Assembly (NCBI GenBank): GCA_051362555.1
Contig: CM120643.1
Span: 5,704,001 to 5,768,000, forward strand
DNA length: 64,000 nucleotides
From: Lingula anatina
Taxonomy: Eukaryota > Animalia > Brachiopoda
Reading direction: 5' to 3'
A model generated the notes under the pieces. It ran no database searches and was not told the origin of the DNA. It saw only the letters and a program-made list of their open reading frames with translations. Both the position numbers and the translations under genes were made by a program. This document shows positions 40,339-53,058 of the stretch, piece after piece (the first letter of the stretch is position 1; the number at the start of each line of letters is the position of its first letter).

Positions 40339-40728
40339 GGCTACATGGCTCAGTGAAAGCCTGGGGTTGGGGTTCGATTCCTGGCTCGGGCACTTTGGAA
40401 TTACAAAGGGGTGCTATTAGAAAATTTCTTTGCTTACTATAAGAAGAAAGTCTACCCGGGGAGGGTGGGTGGGAACACTTAGAGGAGTAGGTAACGCGCT
40501 TGCCTCTGAGACAGAAGGTCCCCAGTTCGATTCCTGGCGCTTCTAGGTCCCAGCAAATTACCTTTTGCAAAAATAAACCCAAATAAACAATTCAAACTAC
40601 TATAAGAGGATCATACGAATGAGGAAAAACGCGAACTGAGACAGTGGCTCAGTAGGTAAGGCGACAGACTAAGAAGTAGAAAAGGACGAGCTAGGAGTTG
40701 AAAACCAAAGGTTCAAGTCGAGCTGAAG
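40339..40728 (+). other. Three degenerate tRNA-like (Pol III A/B box) modules in tandem
   Basis: 40339-40393 has TGGCTCAGTG...GGTTCGATTCC. 40471-40545 is tRNA-sized with a CCAG-TTCGATTC-CTGG T-arm. 40638-40728 has TGGCTCAGTAGG...GGTTCAAGTC. None forms a full cloverleaf. Confidence 0.6.
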
Positions 40729-43700
40729 AAAAGAAAGTCAAGAATAAACATGAGACATTTTGCACATCATCTATTACAACTTTTATGTACGTTTATTATA
40801 ACAAATACAAACAACTACACCATACAGATGTATGCAAATTCCAAACATTACGTTTTGGCTCTACATAAAAAGTAATTTTCATAACGACTGCGCAATTTGA
40901 GATATAAATTAATCTTAAATACAACTATCTACAACTAAATGTGTGGGAGATTATATACATTTTGAATATTGTCGCTCAAGATCAATCATTTTGGTTTTAA
41001 AAAAGTGCTCAAGAACACTGCATTCAAGACGACATAATACTGACCAGAACATGAAATTCTCAGGTTTTTGCCCAGAGTTAAAAGAGAAAGTTGAAGATTT
41101 GACGATGTTTTTTACATCCATCTTTCAAAGTTGAATTTGATGTATTTGTCTTGTGACTGATCCAAAATTTCTCTAGGGACATTTTTTATCCAAATTCAAG
41201 GGTGGTAACAGTATAGAAAATTCAAAATGCATATGATCTCTTGTAAGCGTTCTCCCCGCACGCGGGTACACACTCCTGACCCCACAACTAACTGTATGTC
41301 CCCATGCTGATGATCACACACAACACCAAACAGCAGTCAAACATTATTCAGTTCTGTAAATTTAATGAATGCTTTCTCATAGATAAATAAATATGTTTTT
41401 CTTCTCTTTAAATCTTAAAATAGGAACAAATTTATGCGCCGTGCGAATCAAGAACAGCATGAAGACATGGTCAGTTTACAACCTTATCCTAGTCAATAGT
41501 CATTTTATACAATATTACGTAAACAAAATTAAAAAGGTTATGCAAAAACAAGTTTACTTAAAATAACTATACGGTCACTTGTGCTCAGTGATTCAGAAAC
41601 ACTCAGCAAAAATAACCCAACAGCATGTGCAGGACTGGCACCTAATCAGGCCTTTTGTTCTCAATCACTCCTTGATCCCGACCGAAATATAGAATAAAGA
41701 AAGTGCCAAGTACAAGATCAGCATTAAATAAAACACTGAACTTCCTATTTTTTATTAAACTTTTAGCCTTACCAATCAAAGTGTCATCTTTCTGATGAAA
41801 TTTTGATTTTTCACATTTGATTAGACAAATGCCACAAAACAAAGGATTTTAAACAATAATTCAGTAAATTGGCAATTAACTGGCCAAATCATACACTAAA
41901 CTACAATGTACCAAATATAAAAACAGATACGTATGCAGATTTTATGTTAATTCAATAAAGATTTTATTTTGTTTTTAGAGGATTGGCAAAAGTTGACAGT
42001 CTACAAAAGTTCGTCAAATTACTAGGAAATACCGATACCCCCTCCCCCCCCAAAAAAAAAGTTTTGCGACAACTGTAGTTAACGATAAGAATATGATAAG
42101 GATTTTCAAGTTATTAAAGGATACGATAAATGCCAGTCCTGCACGTACACTTTAATTGTCAAAGGATGCCAAAATAAAACACTTTGTTTCTCTTAACAAT
42201 TCCGCTTTGTAACGAAGGCAAAAAGCCAATTTTCCTTCTTAAATAACCAAAACATATAAATTTCAAAAAAAAAAAAAAAAAACGACCCAACCCCTGGTTT
42301 GATTTTCTGAAAACAAAAACATTTCTACCGCCTCCCAGCAATAAAACTATGGGTCTATCACAGATCAGACATACTACTCGCATATCAAAACAGCGGGAAC
42401 CAAAGGAAGTTTATTCTTACCATGCGTCATATCCATAATTTTAGAAAGGCCTGTTTTAATACGTGTAGGCAATTCTGTAATAACTTGAGCACATTTTATA
42501 ATTTCATACTTCCGATAATTCTAAAGTGTCATAATTTGGATTACAGTGTTAACAGCTTATTGTAGTTTTATATCTCGGTCATTTCTTCCAATAAAAGATT
42601 CTTGTAAAATATCCTTCCAAGAAAAGATTCCTGTATACATTTTACGCACGAGTCTACTAATTTTTTTAAAGTTAACTTCATTAAAATCAATATTTGTATC
42701 CATATCCAATTTAATATGAATAAAAATGTATTTTCGAGTGCATAACAAAGCGTCTTATTACATATTTGCCCACACAAAATTTTACAATCAAACATTAAAC
42801 CGGTCGCACCACTACAGCGCTCTACCTTCACATCACATAATGATTGTTTTACAACAATTGATTTTATTTTCTTAGATCACTTAAGCAAGGCACTTTTTTG
42901 TTTTAGGATAATTTCAAAGTGTCTTTTCAGGTTCGAGAACTGGCGGTTATGAACAAAAGATTCTAAACGATGATAAAAACATCGTGTGCAGATAGAGTGC
43001 TGTACTGCAACCTATTTACATATGTATAATAATAAATCAGCGACGTGCAGAGTTGACCCTTGGATTTGGTCCATTTTATCAGAAGTTCCATGAATAAAAC
43101 ATTTGTTTCACGCTGCACTTCATTTGATACACGCTTTGATGCAGAATATTACAACCCAAAGCAAATATTACATTTCAAACCAAATCAAATGTCAACCCTG
43201 CAAGTTTTAACTTTAACTGCAAGTCAAAACTATACGCAAAACTTCGACACACAAGACAACGTTGACATGGGTGCAGGCGCTGGCTAACACGAATCTGATG
43301 TCTTTTCTGGGAGTGCGTCCAATCTCATCGTAGACGGTTGTTACGAGGCACTGAAATTAAATGAAAAATGAAATAAATTAAACAAAATTCATAACAATAT
43401 CTAAGGATCTGACAAAGTGAAATACATAATAATATAAACAAACTTGTTTGGTTTTTGACTTTCTTAGTTTTACATTATTTTGCGTATTTTGTGGGTAGTG
43501 TGATATAAATTCAGCATTTTATTGCTACATGTGCTTATTAAAACCTCTTCAGAATGATTCTACCAATTACTTTATTCCAATGCATCCACACTTAAATAAT
43601 TTCGTAATCCGAATGCTGGCACTTTAGCTCAACTTTTTAAAACCAAACACTTAATGGAAACATTTTATTTCAGATTATAATATCAAGGACGGTATGTAAT

Positions 43701-44659
43701 TGAAATTGAAATCGGGAAAAAATGAAGTCAAGGGAGGTCGACATTGCCCAGCAAATATACATTTGCTTTACTGGTCGGGGTTAGTTCTCTTAAAAACCAC
43801 TTGTTTATTGTCAGTTAACTTTAATAAACAGGATACATGTGTACAAGCCGCTGTCATAAAAAAGGCACCCATTGGGAGCTGAGAATGTACCGGTAGTTAT
43901 CTGCTTTGTCGTCTTGCTTTGTTTAAGACGGAATAACGCGTTCAGACCTTTGGACGGCTGGGATAATCTTCTCACTTCTTTATGAGCAAATACTTTTCTT
44001 CTGGAAAAAGCAACATAAAAAGTTGTTTAACTTGTCAAGCTAATTTCGGGATTCATGTCAATAAAAATACCCAAGAGCCATTACGCCTGAAGTGGGAAAT
44101 GCATACTTTTGGATAAAATATCGTCATCATAAACCTAGCAGTGTTGCCTTATATCATCTATACAGTACTTACAACAAACTACATCAGTTCTCAGTGCCAA
44201 AATTTCAGTCTACGTGTGGAAATTGTGGCAATGTGGCATATGAGGCTTCTTCCTCTTCCTTATGACCTTGGTCCTATCTGAATACCTCTCACCAAAATGC
44301 TCACCTGGTTTACATAATAATAATAGCACTGACTGTGGGATTGTGTTAGAGAAGACACGATGCGTTTCTCCCTAGTCTAAAACGTTACCATCAGGTTATT
44401 GTACAAACAAGCCATTTTGTTTTGCCCATTTACCTTCTTCCCACATGATTGAGGTTATCATTAACGCATCCCAATTAAGACATGCTGTCGCCTATTGCTC
44501 CAGCACTGTAAATATTTAACACTAGAGCTGTGGCATCTTAGGTTTGTACTAAAAATTGTACATGTATATCTAACATTTTAATTTTTATGCAGCAGTACAT
44601 AAGAACCCAAATATGCTTCTTAGAAAAAATAAATCACATAAGAATCAGTTTACTGAGTT

Positions 44660-46890
44660 ACGCATCATTCTCTGTTGTCGTGCCTCTGTGGTTTCGTGCG
44701 ACGTTGTATATGTGTGCACGCTTGTTTTTACGTCGCTTATTCTTCTTTGTTACGTTAAAATGATACATACGTTACCGATACATACGTTACCATGAGGCGT
44801 GTAAATATTTATTCTATTTTCATTGGTTTTCTTTCGCTTTGTGGGCCAACACTTATGTCTTTTATTTGTGTTTCATTAAAATAGTGTTGGCGCACAAAAG
44901 GAGAGACAACCAATGAAAATAGAATAAAAAATATTTACACGCTTTATGGTAACGTATGTATCATTTTAACGTAACAAAGAAGAATGAGCGACGTAATAAC
45001 ATGCGTGCGCACATATACAACGTCGCACGCAACCACAGACTCGCGACAACAGAGAACAAACAATGAAATTAGAAAACAATACCTTCACATTATTTGGTAA
45101 CGTATGTATCGGTAACGTATGTATCATATAAAGAATTTCAACAAACGGTTTCAAGACAAGTAATCTTTACTTGCCCTGCTTTTCCTTCTTATTGTAATGT
45201 TGTATACCGTAAGAATAAGGCGTTTGCTCACAAGACGGACAACAAACAATTAAAAAATAAAAGTATTTACAAGCCACATGGTAACTATTTTCATTGGTTG
45301 TCTTTCGTTTTGTGCGCCAACACTTATGTCTTAATGTTACATAAAAATGAAAGAAAACGAGACAAATAAGATTTCTTGCCTTCAACTATCTGTGAAAATT
45401 GTTCATATGATACATACGTTACCGATATATACATGGCCAAATAATATGAAGGTGTTGTTTTCTGATTCCATTGATTGTTTTCTGTTGTCACGGCTTTGTT
45501 AGTGCGTGCGACTTTGTACATGTATATGTGCGCACGTTTGTACGTCGTCCATTCTGTTTGTTACGTCAATATGATACATACGCTACCGATAAATACGTTA
45601 CCATGAAGCGTGTAAATATTTATTTATTCTATTTTCATTGGTTTTCTTTCGTTTTGTGGGCCAGCACTTATGTCTTAATGCTACATTAAAATGAAAGAAA
45701 ACGAGACAAATAAGATTTCTTGCCTCAACTATCTGTGAAAATTGTTCATATGATACATACGTTACCGATATATACATGGCCAAATAATATGAAGGTGTTG
45801 TTTTCTGATTCCATTGATTGTTTTCTGTTGTCACAGCTTTGTTAGTGCGTGCGACTTTGTACATGTATATGTGCGCACGTTTGTACGTCGTTCATTCTGT
45901 TTGTAACGTCAATATGATACATACGATTCATGTTGATTCACCGTATAGATCTTGGTAATAATAGAACTATAAATATTTTGATGCATCTAGAAAGATCTAC
46001 ATAATAGTTGTTGAATACAGTCCGAGCTTTCGGCCCGTCACGTATCCTAGGAGTTTGTTTTTTTACTTTTTGTTCATATTCCCCGAAGAAGGCCCAGGGG
46101 CCGAAAGCTCGGACTGTATTCAACAACTATTATGTAGATCTTTCTAGATGCATCAAAATATTTATAGTTCTATTATGATACATACGCTACCGATAAATAC
46201 GTTACCATGAAGCGTGTAAATATTTATTTATTCCATTTTCATTGGTTTTCTTTCGTTTTGTGGGCAAGCACTTATGTCTTAATGCTACATTAAAATGAAA
46301 GAAAACGAGACAAATAAGATTTCTTGCCTTCAACTATCTGTGAAAATTGTCCATTTGATTCATACGTTACCGATATATATGTACGTGACCAAATGTCACG
46401 ACTTTGTGAGTGGGTGTGACTTTGTACATGTGCGCACTACGTTTTACGGCCTTCATTCTTATTTGTTACGTAAATATGATACATATACGTTACCAAATAA
46501 CGTGAAGGTATTGTTTTCTGATTTTATTGTTTGTTCTCTGTTGTCGCGACTCTGTGGTTGTGTGCGACGTTGTATATGTGCGATCGCTTGTTTTTACGTC
46601 GCTTATTCTTCTTTGTTACGCTAAAATGATACATACGTTACCGATACATACGTTACCATGAAGCGTGTAAATATTTATTTTATTTTCATTGGTTTTGTTT
46701 CGCTTTGTGGGCCAACACTTATGTCTTTTATTTGTGTTTCATTAATATAGTGTTGGCGCACAAAAGGGGAGACAACCAATGAAAATAGAATAAAAAATAT
46801 TTACACGCTTTATGGTAACGTATGTATCATTTTAACGTAACAAAGGAGAATGAGCGACGTAATAACATGCGTGCGCACATATACAACGTC
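44660..46890. repeat. Patchwork of direct and inverted copies of a ~200-300-bp module (GATACATACGTTACC motif), probably a rearranged foldback element
   Basis: A hairpin centred at ~44865 (arms ~44670-44852 and ~44882-45057) is repeated at ~46535-46890. Direct copies lie at ~45285-45620, ~45640-45925 and ~46176-46380. Confidence 0.85.
45958..46176. mobile_element. Small element with perfect 79-bp inverted repeats nested in the foldback repeat
   Basis: ATAATAGAAC...GCTTTCGGCCC (45958-46036) is the exact reverse complement of 46098-46176, with a 61-bp spacer. Family not established. Confidence 0.75.
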
Positions 46891-47149
46891 GCTGACTTGA
46901 TATTCGTAAGTTTCTGCAGGGAGAAATGGGAGACATGGCCTAGTTTTTTACCTCTCAAAAAGTTTGCAATATACTTTGTCTTTCAGTGGTCCCCGATTCT
47001 TTAATATTACCAATGTTATCACTTTGAACCGCATAAAACACTTTTGGAAGTAAAAGAATCATATTAGAAACTATTACTACACTTTCTTTTTATCATTTTA
47101 TTTTTATTCATCTTAGTATTGCCACTGACGTATCTACTAGTGCCTTAAT

Positions 47150-47404
47150 TTAGGACTCATTCCCAATGACACTATTGATCTATGTAAATCGATCCAACTC
47201 CACAGGGACTCTTGCTGAATGCAATTGGATTGGCTCGCCTCCTTTTGTTTATAACATGCTTGTTTTCCATTTTCTACTCAAAGCTAGGGGGTGGTATGCT
47301 AATCTCTTAATCTGATTACATTCAGCAAGAGTCCCCCTGAATTGATCTACCTAGACAGATAAAGCACTGAATGCACTCTTATTTTTATTGGGACTGAGTT
47401 CTTA
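47150..47404. mobile_element. Old MITE-like element with imperfect inverted repeats
   Basis: GGACTCATTCCCAAT pairs imperfectly with ATTGGGACTGAGTTC; GGGACTCTTGCTGAATG pairs with CATTCAGCAAGAGTCCC. Confidence 0.6.
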
Positions 47405-48685
47405 GACCTAAATATTCTTACACAGTCATATAAATAAAACAACAACAATAAATAATAATTTTTAATATTTATTTATAATTAAAAGTTGGTTGGTACATTT
47501 ATAATGTTGAAATGATAATTCTCAGAAAAACAAAGGTCAAATAAATGTTCAAGAAGTGCATTAAAATTGAAAGTTATGAATACAGTTGATGAAATCATAT
47601 AATTACCTAACATAATATGTAAGCATGAAAAATAATGACATAAACTGCATTGTAGACTTTCAATTTAATTTTCAGACTTACAAAACTGTATTTGTACAAC
47701 ATCTGCACAGTACTTTTTAATTACATTTGTGCATTAAAAAGTAAAGGTATATAAGTCTGAAATTTTCTTAGTATTTAATTTCTCTTTCTCCCTTCTCTTT
47801 ATTTATGCCTTTCTACAACTTCAACCAGTTTCTCTTTAAATAAAATTCTGCACTAATGAGCTTAATTAAATAAATAAACATTCTTTGATTACAAACAGCT
47901 CCAAAATTACCAGGTGGGAATTTACTAGGTACCAGTACTTATAACAGACATTAACAATGTGATGATTCAGTCACCATTCTGACTTGCTTAATCCAGTATT
48001 GGTTTATTAGCACTACATGTACTTTAGGCAAGCTAACTCAATAAATAACTTTGGATATTTAAGATAAGAAAAAAATTGTCTTTTCATTCAATTTTATTTT
48101 TAAAAATCTACATAAAATTACAAAGTAAGCAACAAAAGTAATAATAAGTGCTTATCTTTTATTAAGACTACTATGACATCACAACAGTACTGTACATATT
48201 AGTATAAAAGCTTCAATATATTTATTGCCAAAATTTGCTAAATTCTTTATTTTAAAGAAATATTAATGAAATGATGTCCTCCATATTACTTACACAAAAT
48301 TGCTGCAGGCATCTTTTATACTACTGGCAAACCATAAGATGAGCACTAACATAAGACTAGACAGCAAAGCTGGCAAAATATACAGACACAAAACACAAAA
48401 CAAGGTGCAACAATAGAGTTAAATATATTTTTTTCTGTGACAGCACCGAATATGGGCCAAGGCCTATGGGATTGCAAATTCACCAGTTTTACCATTAGTT
48501 ATATAATAGCTTGTTTCAATACTTATAAAACTGTGCACACGTATTGGTAAAAATAGTCAAATCCTGTTAGTTTTTAACTCAAACAGCTTTTTTTTACTAA
48601 ACAAAACCTCTCTGCATATTTGATGTAAAACAAAAACATGGTTTGGTATCTATGGTAAGACAGTCACCAAAATACTTGCAAAAAA

Positions 48686-48718
<33 letters not shown>

Positions 48719-48959
48719 GATATTTTAAAATTTTTTTACTCAGTCAAAGTGGGGGGAGGGGGGGGGGATGCACCATGTTCAGAATGAACACCAGTGGATG
48801 TCTGGGGATGGCTACAGGAACATGGACCCTATCTCCTGATGTCAGGGAGGGAAAAAAATGGTTGGAGCCTGGTACACAAATCTTGACTGCATTGAGACAA
48901 ATCATCTCCAACAAAAGATTTCAGGACATTATGTCAGGAACCTTGGTTACAGGCACTGC

Positions 48960-49638
48960 AAAACTTCTAGAACACAGGATTGGGATGAGAAGATCTCCTT
49001 ATTCCTCATGTCCTACCGCAGCTCACAACACGACAGCACTGGCTAAACCCCAAATCTAATGGTATTAGTTAGAAAAATTGATTTACCGGCCTATATTGTT
49101 TCTGGATGGCCATGTTACATGAAGTAGATAATTTTAATTTGGTGATGATTTTCCACTTTTCAGTATTTACAACTAATGGGTGTGAATGAAAATTTTATAC
49201 CATGTGAGACTCATGAATGATTGAAAAACTTGAGTAAAAGCCTAAATAGATCCTATGAAATGGCTCGAGAAAAACTGAAAAGTGTGCAGAAATGTCAAAA
49301 AACAGTTGTATGATGCAAAGTTGAGAGAGAGTGAATATACTTGTGGTCAGAAGGTATATTTGAGGGATGAAAGTCATAAAAATTGAGAAAGTAAGAAACT
49401 TAGACCCTTATATAGAGGACCATATGATGTTATCAAAGCATCCCCACCTCTCTATACAATTAAAGATAAAAAAGGAAAAATCCAGGTGGTACATCATGAT
49501 AGATTGAGAAAATTTGTTGAAAGAGAGAGTGATTTTCAGTTGAATGAACCACAATTGGTGGAACCAATTGTAAAAAGATCAAGATTTGGTAGACAAATTA
49601 AGATGCCATCTCATTTAAGAGATTTCGCCTTAGAATGA
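48960..49638 (+). mobile_element. Degenerate Ty3/Gypsy-type (or Ginger) integrase C-terminus with GPY/F domain
   Basis: Reads QDWDEKISLFLMSYRSSQHDSTG*TPNLMVL, then SKKLRPLYRGPYDVIK...QVVHHDRLRKF...RSRFGRQIKMPSHLRDFALE*, with stops and frameshifts between. Confidence 0.88.
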
Positions 49639-49766
49639 TTATATTGATATATGTTTTGTTTATTAGTTAAGATATAATTGTATATAGATACTTCCTTAAT
49701 TTTCGGCAGTGCTGAAATAAAAGGAACTTAATTTATTTATTTGTATTTTTTATTTTTTTTTAGACC

Positions 49767-50081
49767 ATGGATGAATCAAACATATACAATATTCTCGCAG
49801 AGAAAGAGTATAATTGGTGCAGAAATTGGATCGAACAACCAAACACTCTGCTCAACATATCAATTAACAATATAATACCACAAAATTTACCACAGTCCAG
49901 AATGTCAATGTACATGGGAACTCTACTTAATGAAAGAGTGCTATTAGAGAAAGGAATGGATTGGATGATTGAAAATATCTATTCATATCAAAACAATATA
50001 ACGAAAGAAGAATGTGTAGATATCATACTTTACTTGAGAGATAAATTGTATGGCTATTTAAAAAAAAATAATAATAAATAA
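49767..50081 (+). CDS. 104-aa orphan ORF immediately downstream of the integrase (possible element accessory ORF)
   Basis: An intact frame in very AT-rich DNA, preceded by a polypyrimidine-AG and ACCATGG and followed by AATAAA signals. No family recognised. Confidence 0.4.
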   Translation: MDESNIYNILAEKEYNWCRNWIEQPNTLLNISINNIIPQNLPQSRMSMYMGTLLNERVLLEKGMDWMIENIYSYQNNITKEECVDIILYLRDKLYGYLKKNNNK

Positions 50082-50658
50082 ATACATAATAAAGATATAT
50101 TTAATAAAGTATATTATAGTTTGTACTTCCTATTATATTTCAGGTAATTTGATCAAAACAACAGTCCAAGTTGGTATAGGTTTTTTAAATATTTGTTTGA
50201 ATTTTGTTGTTGAGCATAATACATTGAGCACTGCATGAATAGGTTGATAGCTACTTTTGTCTTTTTTGAATTATGGTTATTAAAAAAAAAAAAAAAAAAA
50301 AAATTAAATATTACCTAACACGGTTACACTGTTCAAACTAATATGTTGCAGTTTAGCATGTGTTTTGCATGTAATCGGATTAGAGGTTGTCAAGGTAATA
50401 ATTCTTTTCTTTTTACACATTTTAATGATGGTATTTTATTTGGGGATTTGATATAAAAGTAATATTTATACATAGTAAAGGCGGCGATGCTGTAATACTA
50501 TGTTAGTAATTAATGAAATACTATGTTTATGATGTAATACTGTGTTAATAATGTAAAATTATGTTTATAATGTAATATGTTAATATTCATTTGAAAGAAA
50601 AGATCATTATCATATATGTTCATTCAAGAAAATAAACCATTGTATAAGTTTATTTCAG

Positions 50659-51490
50659 ATATGGATGATCTAGACATGCTAGATGAAGCCTGTTTTGTCC
50701 CGGATTATGATGACACTGATTTGGTGGAAGATCCTACTGTCCTAATTGGTGAAGAGGGGAAGGAAGTTATCCACTCAAATTGCAGAAGGAAGAAACAGAG
50801 GAAAGAAGTTCAGTGTGGTTTGTGTCTGGTGTCCAGTGCTGACCTGAGTAGACATCTTGGACGTCATGTGAAATCTGTTCATTTGCCATGGTATATGACT
50901 CCAGGATTGGTGTGCTGGTATTGCAGATCGATGGAGAAGGACAATTCGCTTTTGCGTAAACGTCATGGTGATGTTCATTCGTATGGAACTGGTGAATTCC
51001 AGGAAAAACTGTGGATCCAATTGGTGAATGGATTTATACATTTCCTGATATTAACATTAAATATGAGAAATATATGGGAACTGATGGACTATGTGAAAAG
51101 TGAAGGACTAGTAATGTTGCCAGATAACTGTTCCAAGGAGGACATTGACTTTGTAAAAATATACATTTATGGAAATGGTATGGAGCCTAAGACTGAGATT
51201 CTGAATTCTTTGTTGACTTTGTTTCACTGGAGAACTTTGTATCATCTGTTACAAAAACTTTCATTGGAGGATCGTGAACTCAGTAGTCATTGGTAACAGC
51301 AGATGAAATTTGCTCTGCTGCATGGATGAAAGATGAACTATAATATGATTTCACATTTCACATTGACATTGTTATCATTAATAATATTGTTTTGAGCAAC
51401 TTTGAGTTAAAATCACTTTGTTTACTTTAAAGTTGATTTAAAGGGATAATGGATTTTAAAAAGTTTATTTTGCTTTCCTAAAGATGGACA
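50659..51490 (+). pseudogene. Zn-finger-like ORF, probably the N-terminal part of a TatD-like nuclease gene, truncated
   Basis: ORF 50616-51296 contains CGLC...RHLGRHVKSVHLPWYMTPGLVCWYC...H...H and LFHWRTLYHLL. Downstream degenerate DFTFHID (~51347) and FCFPKD (~51468) resemble the DSHFHLD and xFxFP motifs at the start of TatD-type domains. Acceptor TTTATTTCAG ends at 50658. Confidence 0.5.
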
Positions 51491-51533
51491 TTTATGCTGA
51501 GAGATGGACTTGATTGACTTTGCTTGTGTTAAA

Positions 51534-52590
51534 CAGTGTTTGACACTCGCACTCGCCAGCTCGCCAATGCGAGTTAAAATTAAATCTGGCGAATGAAAAT
51601 TATGGTGCAAGTCGCCATTTTGGCGATTTATGTCAACTTACTGTATTAAGTTTATCGGCAAAATTTAGACTCAATTTAAGTCCGACTCGTATGCCAAAAT
51701 TTACAGGGAAGTTCATGGGATTACCCTTACTGCTAACCTCGTTTTCACTCTCATAAGCGTGATTGGTTGAAGTTGGGGAATTCCGTAATGACGTACTCAC
51801 AGTCTCGCTGTCGTTTTTGAAAGCATCTAGCCTTCGTTTGCGCGCCGGATTTTGACGATGTATAGGAAATGCTGTCTGTTTCGTTTCACTTGCGTCTTGC
51901 GAACCAAAAACACCAAGAATTGAAAAAAGGGATGCAGTGACAGTGATGAGGGGTTTGATGACTGTTATAGTGATTCAGATGAAGACAATGAAATGACTGA
52001 GAAGGATGTGGAGCAGTTTTTAAGACAAAATTAATCTTTATACTGACTTTTATCTCTTCATCTGTATCAGGACAATTCCCCCCCGGCCGATTCCCCCCAA
52101 AGAATATATATTTATGTACAAATATATAGTAAAGAGCATGAAGCTTAAATCCTTGCATCAATTGTATGAATATTTCTTGGTGTGGTGATGCAACTTAAAG
52201 ATACAAAATATAAATTTCATTAAACAAATTATGTTCATGGAGTACAAGTTCAGAAAATTTTAGAAATATAAGTACAGAAAATTTTATTAAAAATCTAATC
52301 AAAGTATCTCTAGGTAAAGTGGGGTAAATAAATATGCATATAGTTTATGTTAAATTTAGATTAGAATGTGCAAAATCTGTAGACTAAAGAATAAACACAG
52401 TTCTAGGTTTAAAAAAGGTTTTTAATTTTTTTTTCTTTATTTGCATATGATAACATCTCCATCATGAGTCATTACCACATGGCCTGCCAGCTGGCCAAAG
52501 TCTGGCTTGTGCATTTTCGGTTTTGCCAGTAACTTTCAGAGCACACTGGCCAAATTGGCCTGTACTATTTCAAACGAAGGTCAAACACTG
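51534..52590. mobile_element. Non-autonomous hAT-type element with a 6-bp target-site duplication
   Basis: TIRs CAGTGTTTGAC...GTCAAACACTG, flanked by GTTAAA on both sides, with subterminal CTCGCCA (left) and CTGGCCA (right) motif clusters. Confidence 0.85.
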
Positions 52591-52716
52591 GTTAAAGTTA
52601 AATGTTGAATCTTGGCATAACAAGAATGAACTATTTGCATTACTTGTTTATTTTAAATGTAAAGTGCGATTTCAGTTGCTGAATTATAATAATTATTAGT
52701 TTAACAATTTAAAGTA

Positions 52717-53058
52717 ATGGTTTATCAAGCCATGGAAGGGGCATTGACAGAGGTTGTGGTCAGAGAGGATGCGGAGCGCCGTAGAAGGCATCATCAAAAC
52801 TGGGGGAACATAGACAAGGTCCAAATAGCTTCCAAGGAACAAGTTCACGAATGGATAAACAATGCATGGTCAAAAATTCCCGAGGAAGCAATACGACATG
52901 GTTTTGATGCTACTGGCATCAATCCAGCACTTAGGGGAGAACCCGAGGACATGTCTAATCCATTTTTGGACAACGGCGGAGACAGCAATGGGGAGGAGTT
53001 CCTCGGGTTCACCCCTGACGACATCAATGACAGAAACCCTTTCAGAGACTGCATATGA
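52717..53058 (+). mobile_element. pogo/Tigger transposase C-terminal fragment
   Basis: SKEQVHEWINNAWSKIPEEAIRHGFDATGINPALRG...EEFLGFT matches the W-x3-AW-x2-I-x4-I-x3-F-x3-GI helix region and acidic EFxGF tail that follow the pogo DDE_1 domain. Confidence 0.8.

Noticed and set aside
40181-43691. Scattered plus-strand micro-exon candidates (40181-40239 DTKRF..., 43674-43691 YNIKD)
   Set aside because: Splice-like flanks are common in AT-rich DNA, there is no consistent chain, and the resemblance to the micro-exon gene is too short.
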